Origin: Octopus sinensis
Taxonomy: Eukaryota
Assembly (NCBI RefSeq): GCF_006345805.1
Contig: NC_043008.1
Location: 71,486,001 to 71,550,000, forward strand
DNA: 64,000 bases
Reading direction: 5' to 3'
The notes beneath the pieces were generated by a model that had not been told where the DNA came from, ran no database searches, and saw nothing but the letters and a program-made list of their open reading frames with translations. Position 1 is the stretch's first letter, and the number at the start of each line of letters is the position of its first letter. A program made the translations under genes and the position numbers. Of the stretch, positions 1 to 12,912 are shown piece after piece.

Positions 1-3000
1 TGAGAGGAAGTTAGAAGGCAAAGTGATAGAGTGGAAAATAATAAAATGGTATACATCAATAATTACGTTTAATTGGGGAATGAATGGTTGTGAGAAGAAA
101 AGAGGAACGAAGAGAGATAAAGGAGATTAAAGAAGGAATGTTAGCGAGGGGAAATGAAATATTACCGCAAAGACTTTCAACAACAATACAAAGAACAACA
201 ATAAAAGATCAACAGAAAGAATAGAAACAAAACAGAAACATAAAAGAAAAGAGCCAACAAAAGATGACAGAAGAGCAAATGCAATAAAGAGAGGAAATAG
301 TTAAATGAATGGCCATAGATGTAGAAAGTCTTGCTAAATTATTGAACCAACTGTAAATCCAAGAATTTTGAGATATCTTTATATTAACAAGATACGTATG
401 TTAAATACACAACAGAATTTCTTTTGAAAATATACTTGCAGAATAAAAGAAATCGTGGCTTTCCTTTTTCATTTTATATCTATCTGAGTATGTTGAATAT
501 GAAAATAAATTGTTGATTTACACAAAACTTTTGGTGAAGATTCTTAACTAAAAGAAAATATAGGCCTGACTTGAATAACGAATATCTAAGACACTAGAAC
601 GCTAGCAATGATACGTAATGCTAGCTTCTCAGTATTCAAAAGACAAGAACGAATCAATATTCCGAATAAATCATAATATATAGCACCAATGTATGAAAAC
701 TTTTTTCCTCTTCAAAACGTGAAATTAAAGGTTTTCACAATGAATACTAAATACACTACTGTAATGAATTCAACAATACACTTCAGCTTTCAATATGCAA
801 AATTATGGAAATCTACCTTTCGTGTGTGGTCGCACTTGAAATTTTGGGAATTATAGCTATGTTTTACAATGAATGAGAAGAATTAAACTGATGTAGTATT
901 TCGCAATACTGAAATCCCTATAATTTATTATTTATAAGTTTCAGCTCCTCTCTGCCCGCTGTGAACTGAAGATTAGAATCAGTTCAATAATTAATACCTT
1001 ATCTTTAGTATCTATGTTAATGAAAAGAAAAGACACGGAACAACAATTCGTTATGGTGAAATAACCAGTTCAAATTACTAAGTTGCTTCTATGCTACTGC
1101 TGGTGAAAGCTTTGAACAATAAAATTGTGGTACCTTTCTACAGCTAGCTTGACGATGCTAGATATCTGAGAGATCTGTACTCTGTATCTAATTCAAAGCG
1201 ATAATGCAACGGTCCCTTTGTTATTTACGCAGTGCATTAGATTATCAACCATCGCCGATTCTAATAATCCATAATAAAAAATATTTCTTTTGTGCAAATA
1301 AAACGAATACGTGTAATTGCAGATTAGACCAAAAATGAAGTGCATCACATCCACATAGGGTTATCATATTCATATTTTAACATTATAGCAATATACTATT
1401 TGGGAAACACACCTGCTTAATAATGGTGATCTATCCTACTCAGCTCAACTCTATAGAAAAAATCTGAAGCACTTCATCTTTTCCATCGTAATGTATACCT
1501 TGACAAGAGAAAGGAAATAATGAAATTCCCTATGCTAAAATAAACAGAAGTGAGAAAGAGAGAGAGAGGGAGAGAGAGAGAGACAGGAGAGAGAAAGAGA
1601 GAGAGAGAGAGAGAGCTAAGAATGATTGAATACCAATCTCTGATGATGTGACACAGATTCACAGATTTACAGCTGACATACAGCAAGCAATATTATGTTG
1701 AAGGTAATTTAAGAATTCAATTACGACTTTAAAGTAAAGCTTTAAAGAACTTATAAATATGAGCGAATTAATCAATCATTACAGACATATTCTTAATGAA
1801 TTGTTCATAAATAATTAGACATTCCTACATTTATTTTAATGACCCCCAAATGTGTATATCAATGCATTGCTTTGACAATCGCAACGTCTTTGGCCAAACA
1901 ATAATCTAATAGAATGATAAATCAATTTGTTTGAATATATATGTACGGTAGTATGTATGTATGTATGTATATATATATATATACGCATACCCAACTACCT
2001 ACATACACGGACAGACAGACACACACACACAGACCAACTCACACATATATATGTATGTTAATGTCTGTGTGAATGTGGGTCTGCGTGAATGTGTAGGTGT
2101 ATGAATATAAATGCATATACTATATATGTGTGCGTGTGTGTACATAGATATTTATACACTGTGTACACATATATATTGTGCGTTTATGTATATAAATATA
2201 TGCACGTTTCTAAAGGTATATATTGTGTGAGTCTATATTCATTAGTTCTTTTATTCTGCTATCACCACCAATACTATGCTGGAACAGCGAGCTCAGGACA
2301 TATATTAGTGTGTATGCGTATGTGTGTCTGTATATACATACCTATATGCGTGTAACTATGTATGTAATTCGATGCACACACATGCAGATATATATATTTG
2401 TGTGTGTACGTGTCTGTGAGCACGTGAGTGTGTGTGTATACATACATATATGGGGATAAAAAAACTGAACAATTCAATATTAACACGAAACACATCTCGT
2501 TTTTATGCTCTTCTACACTTTTAGAAATGCTACTAAATGACTTGACTTATCAATACATATTAGAAGTAATTATCAAATAAATTGACCACACATCCTTATA
2601 AGTTTGTGCAAGACAGGCTGATGTTTTTAGAGAAGCCTAGCAGTTGCCCGTGCAAGGTTTCCCTCTCTAGATACAAATTATCATCTAAGATAAATGTCAT
2701 TGACTTCGAGCACACACATGATATAAGTCCGATTGCAGACGTGGCTTTCAGCAGGCAAATCTGCTGAACTAATACACAATGGCGTCTTCATCGACTGTCA
2801 AACAGTCCCACCATTCCACTGCTCTGCATTGCGACTTTTCTATCGTGCTTGAAAATATCAAAGACCCCATCCGCCAATGGATTTGAGTCCAAATGAATAA
2901 TACTAAGCAAGGGACATTTTGACCTATTTCTATTGCCCATCCAGTTTCTGAAATAAATTTATGCTTGTGAGTACCACATAATGAACAAGCAAAGTGCGAC

Positions 3001-3311
3001 CTTCCAAACACAATAGGAGTTATGCGTCTGTGCGCATACTATTACTCGCACTCTCTCTTCCTCCCTCTTTTTCCATTCGTCCCCCCTCTCTTTCTTTGTC
3101 ATACGCTCAGACATAATTTAAAGTAAATCTATCACAATTATAGAATTCTCTATTTTGTGATAATCATCTTCATGAAACTTGTTCAGCATCATAAATTATG
3201 AACTATATAAATGGAATTCATTATTATTAAACAATTGCAGCGTGGAAGGTGTTTATAAGCCATTTAAGAAACACACAAAACCGTTAGATTCACTTTAACA
3301 TATAAATTTAA

Positions 3312-3362
3312 TTTGTCAAAATATTTTCGTCGGTTTGGGACCGCGACCTGTTCACTGACAAA
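3312..3362 (-). ncRNA. Second copy of G3-C8 hammerhead (opposite arm)
   Basis: Reverse complement of 3419-3469 with one helix II mismatch. Confidence 0.75.
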
Positions 3363-3418
3363 GCTTCGTGCTGCATGAAGTTTTGTCAGTGAAGCTTTAT
3401 CGAGAAGCAGCACGAAGC

Positions 3419-3469
3419 TTTGTCAGTGAACAGGTCGCGGTCCCAAAGCGACGAAAATATTTTGACAAA
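3419..3469 (+). ncRNA. Type I hammerhead ribozyme, G3-C8 core variant
   Basis: TTTGTCA-GTGAACA-G-GTCGC(ggtcccaaa)GCGAC-GAAA-ATAT-TT-TGACAAA: 7 bp helix I, 5 bp helix II, palindromic AATATT helix III, UUU triplet. Confidence 0.8.
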
Positions 3470-3649
3470 TTAAATTCATATGTTGAAGTGAATCTAACGG
3501 GTTTGCGTTTTTTTTAAATGGCTTATAAACACCTTCCACGCTGCAATTGTTTTCGTTCCAGCACACGATCTCAGATCAAGTCTCTCGCTATGCAAGTACA
3601 TCTCCGTAATTATTATCAAAATGTTATGCTAAATAAGTTGTTCTTGAAT

Positions 3650-4370
3650 ATCGTTTTACCTCTTCGTGTATATACTTTCTAGTCGGGCCCACTTGGACAT
3701 ACAGTAATGTATCTCAGATTTTAACAAGCTTTTATTGAATGACGCTCCATATGAAATAATCCAGAAGATTGAAAACTGGTTAGCTAGGATGCCATATATC
3801 TAGGAGAAAACGAACCTTGGAGAGTTTTGATGGTAGACGTACTGTCTTCCGCTACATGCTTTATTTATTCATAGCCACGCAACTTTCTCCGGCACCTCAC
3901 AGTAGATAGCGGCATTGACCATACAAAACTGATAAAGAAATGGGGAGGCATGACATCTTCCAGGTTACTTACAGCTTCCAGAACCATCTCAGTTGTTGTG
4001 ATCTTAGTATGCATGACAGCTGCATACTCATTCGGGATACAGCATAACCATCGGCCGTTCATTCGGTTTACCTTTTGGTTATGATCGAAATTTTTCTTAT
4101 CGGAGAAAAACCATAGCATTCCAGCTTCTTGGTGATTTAAGTTGTTTAGGAAGCGTTTTACACGGATCAAAAGAATTCTCTCTTATCATATCAGACGTAA
4201 AATGATCTCGTCCCCATCTCATACGACTTGTACCACTGTCTTCATTCAAAACGATTCCGATAGTATATCGTGAAACCTTTAGGTTCTTTGCAATGGCTTT
4301 GATTGATTCCCGTATTTTTTTTCTCTAAATAGAGAAACTTGTTTTCTGATGTTACAACGCATGTCTTTTG
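3650..4370 (-). mobile_element. Degenerate Tc1/mariner (maT/DD37D-like) transposase relic
   Basis: Translations SIKAIAKNLKVSRYTI (HTH), WFFSDKKNFDHNQKVNR..RWLC, VMHTK..VMPPHFF, IWHPS*PVFNLLDYFIWS; stops and frameshifts. Confidence 0.8.
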
Positions 4371-4695
4371 TCCGTTCGTGGGTTCCAGCTCCTTTCAAAC
4401 TTTGGGAAGGAGGCATCGGGGAACATTCAGGAAGCGAACTATTACTGTATTACTATCCTCCGCGTTTAAGGTAAATATTATTGTAAGTCTTTGCAATAAA
4501 AACCAATCTGATGTTTGATATTATTTTTTATCGAAGGTAAATAAAAGCTAAAAGAGCTCATGAAAGATATATCCTCATAAAGCTGACCCATTCAGTATAT
4601 TAATATAAAGTTGCACCGTATTCTTTTCTTTCCAGTTATAATCTATTATACGCATACTTGCATACATACATACACAAACATTCGGGCACAAAGCT

Positions 4696-4728
4696 ATATA
4701 TATCAACTAGTGTGTTCCTTTTCATCCT

Positions 4729-4761
<33 letters not shown>

Positions 4762-5409
4762 ATATTGTTATATTTCGGAATGGTCATATTGCCAGTTTAC
4801 CATAAAAACACACGCACTATATATTTGAGTTATTTTGCTTCAGTGATATTATTTTTATTTTAATCTTAATCTTCTTTCGGCCAGAGTTTCTTTCGTCACA
4901 CTCCTGTGACCGCATCAGTGTCCTTTGTTTTTCTTTTTCTTTCTTATTGTTTGTGTCTCTCCTTACTAACCGTCAGCCATTTTGTATTTCTATTGTATGT
5001 CTTCATTTGCGCATGCTTATATCTCTATGTGCGTCTATGTTTATTTAGTGTGTGTGGGGGGATCCCTGTAATATTTGTATCTTCTGTTTATATACATTCA
5101 TGTAATTTGTATTTTGTTTTTGTTGACACAAACAAATAAGAAAGAAGAAAACAATGGACCACTGATGCGGTCACAGGAGTGTGACGAAGAACTCTCTGCT
5201 GCTCTGCCGAAATAAGATTAAGATTAAAGTAAAAATAAATATCACTGAAGCAAAATAACGCCAAATATATAGTGGCGTGTGTTGTTATTGCTAAACGCAA
5301 ATATGACCATTCCGAATATAAACAATATCTGTTTCAACACAACGACGGCTTCACATAAAAATCTTGCACAACAAATATTTAAATATATATATATGTATAT
5401 ATATATATA

Positions 5410-5461
<52 letters not shown>

Positions 5462-5494
5462 AGGATGAAAAGGAACACACGAGTTGATATATAT
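4696..5494. mobile_element. Fold-back element with inverted arms (4696-4957 / 5125-5494), degenerate HHR in each arm
   Basis: Arms are reverse complements including (TA)n and an outer ~30 bp segment; CTGATGC-G-GTCAC(aggagt)GTGAC-GAAA motif. Confidence 0.8.
4879..4923 (-). ncRNA. Degenerate type I hammerhead (A9->C)
   Basis: GGACA-CTGATGC-G-GTCAC..GTGAC-GAAA-GAAAC-TC-TGGCC. Confidence 0.55.
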
Positions 5495-5634
5495 GGATAG
5501 AAATGCTAAAAGAATTTTATAAAAAAAAACATTTCAGTACCGGTTTCAGTTATTGTGATATTTTCCATGTTTCTGTCTGTCTCTGTCTCTCTTGTTTACT
5601 CTTGTGGGTTCGAAGTCGTTGTGAATTCTTAGTA

Positions 5635-5702
5635 GAGAAGAAGAAGAAGAAGAAGAAGAAGAAGAAGGAGGAGGAGGAGAAGAAGAAGAAGGAGAAGAAG
5701 AG

Positions 5703-5746
<44 letters not shown>

Positions 5747-5990
5747 GTAATAATAATAATAATAAGAAGAAGAAGAAGAAGAAAGAAGAAGAAGAAGAAG
5801 AAGAAGAAGCAGAAGAAGCAGAAGAAGAAGAAACAGGAGAAGTAGAAGAAGAAGAAGCAGGAGAAGAAGAAGAAGAAAAAAAAAAGAAAAAGAAGAAGCA
5901 GGAGTAGAAGAAGAAGAAGAAGAAGAGAAGAAGAAGAAGAAGAAGAAGAAGAAGAAGAAGAAGAAAAGAAGAAGAAGAAGAAGAAGAAGA
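5635..5990. repeat. Compound (AAG)n/(AAT)n/(GAG)n microsatellite
   Basis: Direct inspection. Confidence 0.95.
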
Positions 5991-6934
5991 ATGTGTGTGT
6001 GACATGACAGTAGTATGCTAAATGGTCAGCTGCGCTGGCCCACAGTTGGTGGTAGCAGTCGCTGTTTAATTGATGAAAATATTTCTTTTGAATGTTTTTT
6101 TAATGAAAATTGCGTAGGTGTTATTCTAAACAGCATTAGTGATAAAGTTAGGAAGGAGAAGGAAGGAGACGAGGAAAAAGAAGAGGAAAGAGAAGGGAGA
6201 ATAGGAAGGAACGTAGGTAGTGGGAAAGTAGTAAGGTGTTAAATGTTTAAATGACTTAAAATTGGCACGTTTTGGATTATAGCAGTGATTGGGACTGTAT
6301 TGGTTTTACTGTCTTTTTTCCTGTCCTGTTTTTGTTACGACTTTTACCCCATCGCAAAAAATCCCAAATTTTATTTCATTTGCTTTGCGGGAGGAACTGT
6401 TTCAAGAAGTCGTGTCTTGTCCATACGTTCGAACGCGGAGTAGCCGAAACAGGGACAACTGAAGAAGGGGAATATTCCTTGTGTTGTATGTCTTGGACTC
6501 TGTTTGTTCGTTGTTTGAAAAAAAAGTTTGTTTCCATGTTTTTGTTTTTATGTTTTCGTTTCTCATTGTGTTCAATGTTTTGTTGGTGTCCTGTACCCAT
6601 ATATGCATATATATATACATATAGATGTAGGTATGTACATATGTGTATATATGCATATGTTTATATATTATTTTGTTATTATGTATGTATATATGTATAA
6701 ATGTATAATAACTCCATAACGTGCGTTTAGAGCTAACATACCCTTTTGGCTACCACATTACATAATACAGCAGGATATCTTCTTATGCTGTGTTCTGGAT
6801 CTCAGTTTTCATATAGGATTAATATAAGAAAAATATAACCTGAAAATAGAAAACACTAGGCATAATAACAAATCGCAACCGTTGTTTCTGCACCGGATAC
6901 CAGCTTTAAATTGTTGAGCTTATATTTAATATCA

Positions 6935-7088
6935 GGTGTGGCCCTATAGTAAGAATCGGGCTTCCCAACGACATGGCTCCGGGTTCAGTCAAACTGTGTG
7001 GCACCTTTGGAAAAGGACTTCTAGTATAACCGTACACGAACCAAAACCTGAGCGGTTTTAGTAGGCGGAAACTGAAAGAAGACCGTGG

Positions 7089-7171
<83 letters not shown>

Positions 7172-7438
7172 GTTTGTGTATGTGTGTGTGTGAGTGTGCG
7201 TGTGTGTGTATAAGTTTATGTGTCTATATCTTTGATTTACCCCAACCATCAATTGAAAACCAATGAGTGGTGTGTTAATGTCCCCGTAACTTAGCGGCTC
7301 GGCAATAGAGACCTATAGAATAAGTACCAGGCTTAGAAAGGATAAGTCCTAGGATCGATTTATTCGACTGAAACCCTTCAAAGTGGTTCTTCAGGATGGT
7401 CGCAGTTAAATGACTGAAACTTGTTAAAGAATAAAAGA
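6935..7438 (+). mobile_element. tRNA-derived SINE family B (degenerate head, internal (TA)n(TG)n, conserved tail)
   Basis: Head resembles 54337-54500; tail GATAGAATAAGTAC..GAAACAAGTAAAAGA-like matches 48558-48685. Confidence 0.75.
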
Positions 7439-7708
7439 TTATATCATTATATAAGATCATTCTTTAGATTACCTATATACACAAATACTTTTCAGCAGTG
7501 TGCAGGTGCTTCCTCACGTGGAATGCAATCAAGCGCCGTCGGATTTCTTTGAGTTTCTTCAGCTGTACCCTGTCTATCAAAATCCACCAATCGGTTTATT
7601 AGATTCCGGGAAAATATATTGCTGTAGTGACACAAAAAAAAGAAAAAAAAGAACTAAATACGAAAGAAATATCACTATTGCAATACCAACAGCAATAACA
7701 TTGACATA

Positions 7709-7917
7709 TCTTTTCTACTGTAGGCACAAGACTCAGAAACTTTTTGGGGGGTCTAGTCAATGAGATCGATTCCACTACGCAACTGGTACTTAATCTATCA
7801 ACCCCGGAAGGATGAAAGGTAAAGTCGACCTCGGCGGAATTTGAACTCAAAACGTAAAGACAGATGAAATAATGCTAAGCAATTCGCCCGGCGTGCTAAC
7901 ATTTCTACCAGCCCGCC
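7709..7917 (-). mobile_element. tRNA-derived SINE family A (Deu/Nin-like central domain)
   Basis: Reverse complement of the 10123-10356 family; GTCGACTTT.CCTTTCATCCTT.CGGGGT.GATA core. Confidence 0.85.
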
Positions 7918-9618
7918 ATTTTATAACAATGACATAATAGAAAAAATGTGACCTTAATGATACCGACAGAAAACCAAATCAGCAACAGAAAACCAAATCT
8001 ATTTCAGTGATAGTGGTAATTAAACAAAACGAACCTGATAATGACCGCTACCAAGCACTAGACAAAGTCAGACAATGGATTAAAATAAAATAAGTATACA
8101 CGGGATTGTTTTTATTGCTATACTACATTTTTCTACCCTAAACATTAATTTTGTACTATCTATTATCTTCATGCTCTTCGGTCGTTTGGCTTCGAGTGAA
8201 CTTTATGAACACCAGTAGCCATTAATTACTAGACTATATTATATATTTCCTGAATTATATATTTATATCATTCTACTTACGTTTGCTTTGCATTCTAAAC
8301 ACACTTATCTCATATTATACGTTTACAAATTCTAAAACTCACATACACACTAATTCCTGTACATACTCCTATTCTCCCATTGTAAGCCATGTTCTGTCTC
8401 CTCTTACAAAAATCGTTAGTTATTTTTCTCCCAGTGCATGTTTATTAAATCCACTAAAAATATTACAAATACTTATTTTAGATGCACTTTCTAGCAAAAT
8501 CCCCAAATTTGATTATTGTCAACACATGATTTTCCACTGACGTTTTCAGATTTTCGCAGTCATTTCAATTCAGCTAAATGACAATTCTGATCAAGATAGA
8601 TCAGCTTACCTCACATTACATATTTGATATATTGATATATAAAATTATATTAATTATTCTTATGAACTTCAATAGCTTACAAGTGTTTCTGCTATAAGAT
8701 TCAGTTGATTCATAGATGAGTGCCTGAATAATAGCTTGCTGAATATAGGTTATAGATTCATGGATGAAGCTACAAATTGTTATTGAAGTAATAGACATAT
8801 ATCAGAAACGGCTGTAAGCAAATAGTCTTCATAAGATTATCATTTATTCTTTTGTCAGCTTATTTTCTTATCACCTCTCTATAATTGTTTAACACTACAT
8901 TCTGAAGCACACATATATTGAGTTCTACACCAGGTTATTAGTCGCACAAAGTGAAATATTACAAGTTTTGCATGGTTTAGGTGACACTTGCTGACGCACG
9001 GAAGCACTGCTTTCTATGGTGTCTACACAGCATCACTATTCTCATTCGTTTCACTAATCACAAACGAAATTTTTTGAAACCTCTTCTATTCTGCTAGAAT
9101 TACATTTAGCTCTCTTTCTTTATTTCTTATATCTTTGATCAAATGAATCTAAACAATATGTATTCTGCAGCTAACTGAAATAATAATATGCGCTTAGTTC
9201 TTACTCAACAATCTCACCATTATATTTCGCATTTACATAAATCTCTTACGTATTTGGTTTTTGTGAACAGTCATAAGAGACCTATTAAAACATCTTTTAC
9301 TAAATGAACGTTTGCAAAATCTCAGAGTGATGTGAACTACTTCCTCGCACCCCTTCATCTTGTAACTTAACATAACTTCATATCCAATGCTGAGACTAAG
9401 CATCGCGTAAGCCTTTGAAAGGATTTTATTCCATTTCGATAAGAAATTCGTTCTACATTTAATGTAATTATGAACATTCTACCCATCTTAGGCTTTATTT
9501 GTTTTAAAATCTTCCCGCTAGTTTCGTCAACATTAAATTGTTCTGGATTAAATCCACCCCCAAATGTGCATATTCAGCTATGTATCCATTCCTATGCATA
9601 TATACATACTAGCGCGCG

Positions 9619-9621
<3 letters not shown>

Positions 9622-9673
<52 letters not shown>

Positions 9674-9689
9674 ATGCTCAGATACCGCT

Positions 9690-9748
<59 letters not shown>
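9622..9748. repeat. (CA)n and (TATC)n microsatellites
   Basis: Direct inspection. Confidence 0.95.
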
Positions 9749-10122
9749 ATCTTATTTGAAAATAGTGTACATATAAACACAAGAGAAAACCACCCTTTAA
9801 CAGGTAATTTTTACATGGTAGAAGGAGCAGCCAAAACGGCCAAAACCACAATTTAATAGCAATTTTCGAAGTAAATGAAAAATGAAAGCTTTTACATTGT
9901 TCTCTTTTTGCGGTAATACCTAGGTTTCAGATTTCTTTAGCAAATAAGATTATCTGCCAGGCGAATTCTCATCAGTAACTGACCTCAATAACTAATTTAT
10001 GATTCAGAAACAAATAACATGTGTCCCATCATCATATGTTATAACGTTTCAAAATTCAGCCCGAAAGCGCAGTTTCAGTCGGCAGTAAATAGATAATGCC
10101 GAGCTCGGCATTATCTATTTAC

Positions 10123-10356
10123 GGCGGCGAGCTGGCAGAAACGTTAGCACGTCGGGCGAAATGCTTAGCGGTATTTCGGCTGCCGTTACGTTGTTAGTTC
10201 AAATTCCGCCGAGGTCGACTTTGCCTTTCATCATTTCGGGGTCGATAAATTAAGTACCAGTTACGCACTGGGGTCGATATAATCGACTTAATCCGTTTGT
10301 CTGTCCTTGTTTGTCCTCTCTGTGTTTAGCACCTTGTGGGTAGTAAAGAAATAGGT
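10123..10356 (+). mobile_element. SINE family A, full length, with 13 bp TSD
   Basis: GGCGGCGAGCTGGCAGAA head, GTTCAAATTCC B-box, Deu/Nin-like core; TSD ATTATCTATTTAC at 10110-10122 and 10357-10369. Confidence 0.9.
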
Positions 10357-11273
10357 ATTATCTATTTACTGATGGATTTGTTTAGAGTTGTTAAAAATTA
10401 CTTCATTTTTAGTGTAGTTTATATCTCCCCCTCACACTACATGATACTTTAAACTGAATGATCTAGATATTTTTATTTCATAACTTTCGTTCGAAACATA
10501 TTTCAAAAAATCTGGGCAAGGGGAAAACGAAATTTGTAGATTTCTTTTAATATTCCTATATATATGAAATTTTGGATTTAGAAATCTCTTATGTTGCATA
10601 CCTTGAGTAAAAAGTTACTCTACAGTGGTTAACACTGGATACTAGCAGACATGACACACGACTTCTAAGAGCGAACTTTAATGAAGGTAATTGATATGCG
10701 AAGGATATAACTGAATTAAGTAACAACTCTCCCTCTCTTACTAATTTTGGTAACGCAACTGTGGCCATACTGACGAAATAACTTCAATGATAAAGTCATA
10801 TGTTTGGATACTGGCAATTGGATTACTATTTATGTTATTCGCAATGCAAGGTTGATTTGCACCAGCGTTTGGGTACAGAATGTAAAAGTGGGTATCCACG
10901 TTATACAAAGTCTTCTATCAACATCACAATGACTGGCAAAATTTAACGTAACTTTAAAATTTTGTCAGATTCTCTGATGATTGAACCTATACACGGTGTA
11001 TGGGGGTCTGATATAGAAAGTGATGTGAATTTTATATCGATGGTGTTTGTAACCCAATATATAGTTATCAACTAGTTTCCTCCGCTGGAATTACATACAC
11101 ATAAACATACAGAGATATGAGGCACACACATACATGTATAAATACATACGTACATACATATAGTAATACATACATACGTACATACATATAGTAATACATA
11201 CATTCACACACACACACACACACACACACGCACGCACAGACACACACACAGACATATGTATATATATAGAGAG

Positions 11274-11342
<69 letters not shown>

Positions 11343-11850
11343 TTTATATATATACACACATACATACATATTTATATTTATATAAAACCAATTATAAGCA
11401 CTTTAGAGACATCCGGTATTTATCAAAACAGTGGTTCCACAATGTAAATTTGACACTAATTAGATAAACAACGTACGAAACAACAAATAAGTTAATTAGA
11501 GATAAGAAAATATTTTATTAAATTAGATTTGGAATTAGAACACTTGCAAAGGGCGGGTGAGAGAGATAGGGAAACGAAAAGATTGTGAATGGCTGCGTGT
11601 ATTAAATTTTGTCTACTTGTATCTATATATTTGTCTATGTACATCTATATCGGCGATCGTAGATGTGTGTATGTAGGTGCGTACATTTGAATTTGACCGC
11701 TTTTATATTACGATTTCAATGTATTCGAGATTTTCACTAACATTGATTTATTGAACATCAAATATATTTTGATCTGATTGTTACTTCCGGTTACTTTAGA
11801 AAGATTAGACGCTTTGGCCCTCCGTAGTGTTCAAAGGTGCGGGCTTTCAT

Positions 11851-11865
11851 ATAATAATAATAATA

Positions 11866-11902
<37 letters not shown>

Positions 11903-11931
11903 GTAATAATAATAATATAATAATAATAATG

Positions 11932-12008
<77 letters not shown>
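11851..12008. repeat. (AAT)n microsatellite
   Basis: Direct inspection. Confidence 0.95.
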
Positions 12009-12010
<2 letters not shown>

Positions 12011-12029
12011 TAATATGGGGTTTGGATAA

Positions 12030-12184
12030 TTCACCTTCAGAAACATGGGTATTTCGTTCAGCATCCTTAAACAACCTTTATTTAGGGACCTTTTGAGCAG
12101 GATGGGCTACGCGACAAGAAGAAAATTCTAACGGGGCCCCACCTGCAATGTCATGTGCTGTTTATTTTCATACGAGATCACCAC
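12030..12184 (+). mobile_element. Partial copy of the (AAT)n-associated short element at 58619-58895
   Basis: GAAACATGGGT..CATCCTTAAA..GGGACCTTTT..GGGCCCCACCTGCAA..GAGATCACCA matches the reverse complement of ~58750-58895. Confidence 0.8.
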
Positions 12185-12194
12185 AATAATAATA

Positions 12195-12762
12195 AAGAAT
12201 ATATTCAGAGACACGACAGAATTGGGACCTACTTATACTGGATGCTATGACAAAATTATGGAATAACAACAGAAAGAAGATGGTATAGGCTCACGCCAGA
12301 AAAGGTCACCGAAAATGAGAACGTAACAATGATATGGGATATGCCAATATACACAGATAGAGAAATTAAGGCCAATATAGTTGTTAGAGATAATGAAGAA
12401 AAATGTGTTTTCTAATTGATGTATCAATACCAACAGATGACAACGTTTCTCTAAAAGAAATAAAGAAACATTCAAAATAAAAAGACCTGGAAATAGAGGT
12501 AACTCGAATGTGAAGTCTAAAGTCAGAAACAATTCCTATCATAGTCGGAGCATTAGGTATGATAAAACAATATTCAGACAAATGCATAAAAAACACCAGG
12601 ACTAACAAATATATATATCAGACAGAAAAGAGTACTATTAGGCACAGCGTACATCCTACGCAAAACACTTTCAATACAGTAATCATAAGAGCATCACAGT
12701 AAGCCACAGCACATACCCAAGGCACACAGAGATGACAGCGTGTTATAAAAATAAGAGTACTG
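12195..12762 (+). mobile_element. R4/Dong-like non-LTR retrotransposon 3' end (restriction-like endonuclease + 3' UTR)
   Basis: YIQRHDRI, IWDMPIYTDREIKAN, LIDVSIPTDDNVSLKE..KDLEIEV, PIIVGALG, VLLGTAYILRKTL; ends in (AAT)n. Confidence 0.85.
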
Positions 12763-12841
12763 AATAATAATAATTATGTCGGATCAGAGGAAACATTAAC
12801 AATGACATAGTAAAAAATTAAAATGATAATATCATTGATGA

Positions 12842-12896
<55 letters not shown>

Positions 12897-12912
12897 TAAT
12901 AATAATAATAAT

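Larger units (their letters stand above)
3229..3608. mobile_element. Fold-back HHR-bearing element (inverted arms 3229-3374 / 3407-3552)
   Basis: ~146 bp arms are near-perfect reverse complements; each arm holds a hammerhead; short ATT-repeat flanks. Confidence 0.85.

Noticed and set aside
5503-6005. 134/151 aa poly-K/E/N and poly-S/F/L ORFs
   Set aside because: Translations of trinucleotide microsatellites; no splice or domain evidence.
8890-9035. Cys-rich minus-strand peptide (KPCKTCNISLC) reminiscent of a piggyBac C-terminal domain
   Set aside because: Too short, interrupted by stops, and no adjacent transposase motifs seen.
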